In this document: positions 32,722 to 37,717 of the stretch, in pieces | Layout: each line of letters begins with the position of its first letter | Numbering within the stretch: position 1 is the first letter of the stretch | Origin: Lenisia limosa | Lineage: Eukaryota; Protista; Breviatea | Reading direction: 5' to 3' | NCBI GenBank assembly: GCA_001655205.1 | Contig: LPNZ01010503.1 | Coordinates: 1-37,717, forward strand | Length of the DNA: 37,717 nt | The notes under the pieces: model-generated | Seen by the model: only the letters and a program-made list of their open reading frames with translations | What the model was told of the DNA's origin: nothing | Databases searched by the model: none | Program-made: the position numbers and the translations under genes

Positions 32722-34542
32722 TCACTCAATAGGGTCTTCAATTTCTTTCTACAGGAGTCAGAGCGCTTGCGGAAATAAGAATCTCATAACTAGATAATCT
32801 TAGCAAAGTAAGAGCAGAATTCAAGCAAAAACAACAAATTACTGAATTATTTATGCTACATAATTCCAATCTGAACGCTTAACAACAATCAAAGGTTCAA
32901 AAGAGGGATATTTCAAGAAAACAAAACACAGGGCTGCCTACTAATAATTCTTGCTTCTTAGCCTGACGCGCCTCCCTCTCTTCAATTGCCTGGGACGGTG
33001 AGAAATAAGAATCAGTAGTAAGTATCTGGCCAAAACTGTCCATATCATGAAGAGACATTGGATTATAGCGTAATATTAAATAACTCCATCATTTGTTTAC
33101 ACAGTCTTATGGAGTAGTGTATTACCACGCGATACATCCAATAATAATTCCTTGATCAAGGGGAGTACAAACCACAATGAACTGTCACAAAATGCAAATC
33201 ACCATACCGCTTCAACCTCCTCAAACGTGCCCTCCTCAATTGCTGCTGCAGAATCCTCTGTTTCCTCCTGATCCGTCTTACGTAAAATTCCCATGTTGAA
33301 ATGTGAAAAGAAACAACAGTGAGTATTGATGTAGAAATGGTCAATATATATGTGTAATGGGGGTACGGGTTCGTTTATTTCAGCTCAAAAATGTGCCAAA
33401 GCTGAATCGTGGTGTGTGGCAAAATAAACATGTTAATGAGTATAAGTTTGTATGTTATTAGTCATTTTCCCCAAAACCAGTATGTTAGTCAGGGATGCGA
33501 TGGTGTCGGCTTCGACTTAGTACAAATTTGTATTATGACGTTTCTACATAATACATGATATGTACATGTACCTCCACCCACGAGTTCGGAAACGAAGAGA
33601 ATGGCACCGCCTCTCAGGATATGCACTCCCATCGGACTGTCGTAGTACTTATTTCCGGCCACTCGTCGCTCTACCACGTCTTCGAGCACCAGATTAACTA
33701 ATAGCGTAATTGGGGAATTGGAATGGAAGCAAACCAATTAGGGTACCCAAATTAAGAATCCAAAAGAGATCCAGCTAAATGTTAAGAGTGACCATCTGAC
33801 CGTTTGGTAAGCGAAGGAAGCCATTTTTTTATGGAATCAGTATATACCAAGGCTAATTAACATGGGCTGAAATATGGCTTCACCTTACCAAAACAACAAA
33901 TAAAAACATAACCCAATTCTCTGTTTGTCTTTTCAATATGTTCTGACTTATCCAACTTTTGGCACAATAGATTATGCTAAATTGCCCAGATTTTCAAGTT
34001 CGTACACACTATAATCAATCTCAAAAGCAAAACAGTCTGCTACTGACGGCTTCGGCTTGAATTCCTTTTCTCATTTTACTAATCAGAATACCGAACATCG
34101 GCGAACGCTTACAGTATTGGTCAAAGCTTCTGAGGATACCACGATAGATGCTACCATCTCCACAGGTCACCATTATTCGCTCTAGAGAATGAAAACTGGA
34201 GTGTCATGGAATCAATAATATAGGGATCAATTAGTGGGATTATGCAGTTTGGACGAAGCGGTTTAAGGGCAAACAAAACAAGCACTCAGAGGATTTGGAT
34301 GCTTGAAAAGGAAACAAGAAGAAGAGCAGCCCCCCATCAAAGCGATGATCTTAATTATTATACATAAACAATAAAATAAGAAAGAGATCTTTTAAATTCA
34401 AATAAATATATGCAAAACAGATAGTCTTATCAAAACTAGACGTCAGAAACAAAGGGCGCCAACTATCAATGACTTGGATCAGTGACGTGCTCCCTGAAAC
34501 ACCGACGGTCACCATGTTTTTATCTACCATTGCAGCATTCAT
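32722..34542 (-). CDS. LSM1: Sm-like protein LSm1 (mRNA decapping activator complex), 6 exons
   Basis: Spliced product: GSTSLIQVID|KRIMVTCGDGSIYRGILRSFDQY|FNLVLEDVVERRVAGNKYYDSPMGVHILRGGAILFVSEL|EETEDSAAAIEEGTFEEVEA|AIEEREARQAKKQELL|KEIEDPIE*. It has Sm1 and Sm2 motifs plus an LSm1-type acidic C-terminal helix. The stop position is moderately certain. Confidence 0.85.
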
Positions 34543-34836
34543 AATGGCGTTGTTTAAGGCGAGGTAGAAGGGCTGGTGATGAAGTTAGGCGAACACAATG
34601 AAAATATACAGACAAGGGGCGGTGATTGAATTTTCTGATTCTCTTTTGATTCTCTCAACTAACTACAGTTGAACTACAGTTGTGTTCAGGTTAAACAGAC
34701 AAAGAAAAGGGATTAATCCACACAATTATATATTATTGTATACATACCCCAGAACAGACATTTTTTATAACCCAATTTTCAATTTTTCGGCCCTTATTCC
34801 ATTGTGTATAGGTTTAAACTTGCGCACTGTGACATA
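34543..34836. promoter_or_regulatory. Bidirectional promoter region between LSM1 and DDX56
   Basis: 294 bp separate the divergent ATGs. The region contains the direct repeats AACTACAGTTG x2 (34661-34682) and TGATTCTC x2 (about 34636-34654). Confidence 0.55.
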
Positions 34837-37717
34837 ATGGTACCAGATGTTAAGGGTAAAAAGGCGGCAAAGGGTGTCAAGGTTGACAAGAAAGCTAAGA
34901 AGAGACCCCAGCCTCAGAAGAAACAAAAGAAAGCACCTGAAGCAGAGGAACCCACAGGGATTGAAGATATTTTGACCTTTCCTGAGTTGAATCTTGATCC
35001 TCGCCTGCAGGTTAGCCGGTCCTGCTGTTGTATTTACCGCTGTTTAGAGCGCCATTGATACATTTGGCTTCAAAGAAACAACACCCATTCAAGGACAGGC
35101 TATTCCCCTCTCATTGGTTGGTGCTTCTTTTATGAATGACCCCCCCCTCTCTCTCTCTCTTTCTTCTTCAAATAGAGCCCAAGGATTTTTTTAATCGTAT
35201 TTTGGTCTGTAGCTTGTCCCTCACTATCATTATCAACCCAATGTGGTTGCATGTCACCACCATAATTGTCACCCGGTTTTGAAATAGCATCATTTAACCG
35301 ATAACCGTGGTAGTCTGGTCGCCATGTTCTCCTGAGAGCCCCCACGGGGTCGGGGAAGACCTTCGCATATCTCTTGCCGCTTCTCAACAGTCTTCTTTCA
35401 AAGGAAGACGAGGTTGGTTTGGACAAATAGGGGTCAGATAGTACCGGATTTTTCGTTGCTTTTGTTCATCACAATTTCCAGGTCAAATCTGGTGTCGGTG
35501 CAGTGATCCTTGTCCCCACCAAGTGGGCATCGAGTGGTCTTAACTTGTTTCGAGAATCGTTTTTTGTATCATCCGGATAGAAATAGCAACTTGGCTATCA
35601 ACCCTCACCATCATACGTAACCTAAAAACCATCATTATAGCCCTTATTCATATCCCCCCACAACCATCACACAACATCACACACCAAAGCCCTTATACAT
35701 GCGCATACCCCATCACCATCAGACAAATGCATTGAACCCACAAATACCATATACCTACCTACCCCCTCTCCTTTTGTTTGTTTGGAGATTATTCGTTACG
35801 TGATTTGTACCTTTACGTCAATATTCTTTATCTAAATATCCCCTAACCATCAGGGAGCTCTGTCACCAGGCTCGTGATGCCTGTAAGTCCCTGCTCAAGT
35901 TCTGCCCACAATGGATGACTGTCGCTGACCTTGCTTCACCTGAGGAACTTGCGGCTATGAGGTGGGGCATGTAGGATAGTTTGCTGGTTCATTTTGCTTA
36001 ATACCTTCTTGGCAAATCTGATATATCCTCACCCTTATAAATCTTTGATAATCCTTGATAAATCCCTGAAAAATCCTTGACAAATCCTTGATAAATCCTC
36101 ATCTTTGATGATTAATCCTCGGTATGGACGTTTTATGAGCCATTTGCTATTGGAGAAAATATATTTACATATTACAAAATGGTATTATTTGACAACCACA
36201 ATCGAATGCTTTTAGGCTTACGGAGCGTAAGAAAGAATGGCACAACTGTCATTATCGATAATATCTCCTTCGCTTGGGGAATGCATGTGATCCTGAGTGG
36301 TATAACGTCCACAGAGCCACAGCAGTCTCTACCCCCACCATCATCACTGCCACCCCCTCCGCCCTCCGCGCTCAACTCAAAGATCAGGTGGGTGGTATTG
36401 ACGGGGGCAGTTTATATTATAAAACAAAGAACTGAAATAAACAAGAAGACGAAACAATTGATTTCTGTATGGGGACACTGTTGCCATGCCCATGTTCTGT
36501 GTGACCACGCAGACCCTCTCCCTCCGCTCATCTCTCCGCTTCCTTGTTATTGACGAAGCCGATCTCATCATGACACACGGCTACGAGGAAGACCTCTATG
36601 GTTGGTGCGATAAGTATTTTCTCCCTTTTGCAAATTCGCAACAATCTCTGTTCTAACATCGGATAAAATCCACCCTAACTTCAACAGCCATTCACAAGGA
36701 CGTCCCCTCCCTCTGCCAAACTTTCCTGGTGTCAGCTACCCTCCCTGAGGTCTGGGGCCCTTTCTATGCTATATTCTGTCTTGGTGGAGTAAACACATTG
36801 TACAATGCTTGGACATGTAACCATTTTACCAGTCGCTTCATCCAACGTGAATGAGGACGATACATATTTGTCTTCCCACCCCAACTTACTCCTTTAGGAA
36901 GTTAAGGCTCTTCAAACGCTTGTTCTTAAGGACCCTGTGGGTTTTGGGCGAAGTTGGATTGGACTGGTATGTCCTTTGTTGTTTTTTTGCAACGTTATAG
37001 AGTTGAACCCCCAGAGAAGGGGAGTCTTGAGATTTCCATAGTGTTGATATTTTGAGGGTGTTCATGGAAATTGTGGAACAAAGCAACAGTTTAACAACTT
37101 TTAACTGTGTTCCTGTTTGAAAAAAAACTATATTGTTGACAAAAAACTAATTGTCCGAAGGTGACCGTATTTGTGAAGACCCGGACACGACATGCCAAAA
37201 AAGGCAAGTTACGCGAATCCGTCGTTAGATGCGGTGAAATCGAAAAGTACATCGTGGCCTATAGTGAGAGGGTGTCTTTTCTTTTGTGTGTCCGTGTGGT
37301 TTTTTTCTTTATTTGTGAAATACAGCAGAAATATCCAATTTTACTTCCCCCAGTTCTGTTCAAACTCAAGCATCTCCACGGCAAATCCCTGGTCTTTGTG
37401 GATACGGTGGATACCGCATACAGGTCTGGCAAGACACCGCATATGATAGTTATTACCACTGCCATTTATAGTTCAACGTCCCATTTCATTGTTTACATGA
37501 CATATTTCGCGTTTAACTCTTTAGATTCAAGTTGTTTTTGGATCGTTTCGCCGTCAAATCCGCAGTACTCACTGAGCTAATGCCGATGGACATGAGGTAA
37601 TTATGAGGGTGCCTTCTTTCTGTGTTGAAAATGGCCGAGTTTGGAGCTGCGCTGCTAATTGATAGCCCTATATATTGATAACGAAAACAAAAGCATCCCG
37701 CAACCCTTGTGTATTGC
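34837..37717 (+). CDS. DDX56: ATP-dependent DEAD-box RNA helicase DDX56/Dbp9 (60S biogenesis); 3'-truncated by the window end
   Basis: Q-motif FPELNLDPRL...FGFKETTPIQGQAIP, Walker A ARAPTGSGKTFAYLLP (about 35335-35380), AVILVPTKELCHQ, TATPS, LVIDEADLIMTHGYEEDL (DEAD at 36552), QTFLVSATL, and LFKLKHLHGKSLVFVDTVDTAYRFKLFLDRF, which is diagnostic for DDX56/Dbp9. The last exon identified ends at 37596. Confidence 0.93.
36037..36100 (+). repeat. Intronic minisatellite, about 6 imperfect copies of ATAAATCCTTG
   Basis: ATAAATCTTTG/ATAATCCTTG/ATAAATCCCTG/AAAAATCCTTG/ACAAATCCTTG/ATAAATCCTC in a DDX56 intron. Confidence 0.8.

Noticed and set aside
33090-33145. Candidate extra LSM1 exon ELLLDVSRGNTLLHKT (ankyrin-like fragment)
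   Set aside because: Skipping it gives a better LSm1 C-terminal helix, and there is no independent support.
37032-37090. 8-bp stem followed by ACA in a DDX56 intron (H/ACA snoRNA candidate)
   Set aside because: No convincing first hairpin, H box or pseudouridylation pocket could be identified by eye.
1-37717. Prokaryotic features (CRISPR arrays, operons, rRNA, IS elements)
   Set aside because: None were seen. All genes are spliceosomal-intron-rich eukaryotic genes, and no repeat-spacer array or transposase ORF is present.

Overview
Eukaryotic nuclear DNA from a compact, very intron-rich genome (introns mostly about 35-300 nt, GT-AG, with a CTRAY branch point close to the AG). It has 14 assembly gaps, some hiding exons. 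The taxon cannot be determined from the sequence. The raw ORF track is mostly exon fragments or antisense noise, so genes were rebuilt by manual splicing; exon counts and protein lengths are approximate. Gene order: PIGG/GPI7 ethanolamine-phosphate transferase (+, 340-6967), whose 1.3-kb second intron appears to hold a spliced antisense gene; a divergent pair of secreted proteins (-, 7039-10024; +, 10368-13158) with a perfect 14-bp palindrome centred between their starts; one about 14-kb minus-strand gene (about 13240-27568) encoding a STRA6/RBP-receptor-family membrane domain preceded by a very large beta-rich ectodomain with Ig-like (Big_1-like) motifs; a 9/4-fold selenocysteine tRNA gene (15549-15638, -) inside an intron of that gene; an S28 serine carboxypeptidase (-, 28041-32342) with a hAT-like MITE in an intron; LSM1 (-, 32722-34542) divergent from DDX56/DBP9 (+, 34837 to window end). 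The top leads are the giant STRA6-like receptor, the intronic tRNA-Sec with its upstream promoter, the nested antisense gene, and a polarity of G-runs at intron 5' ends and C-runs at intron 3' ends.
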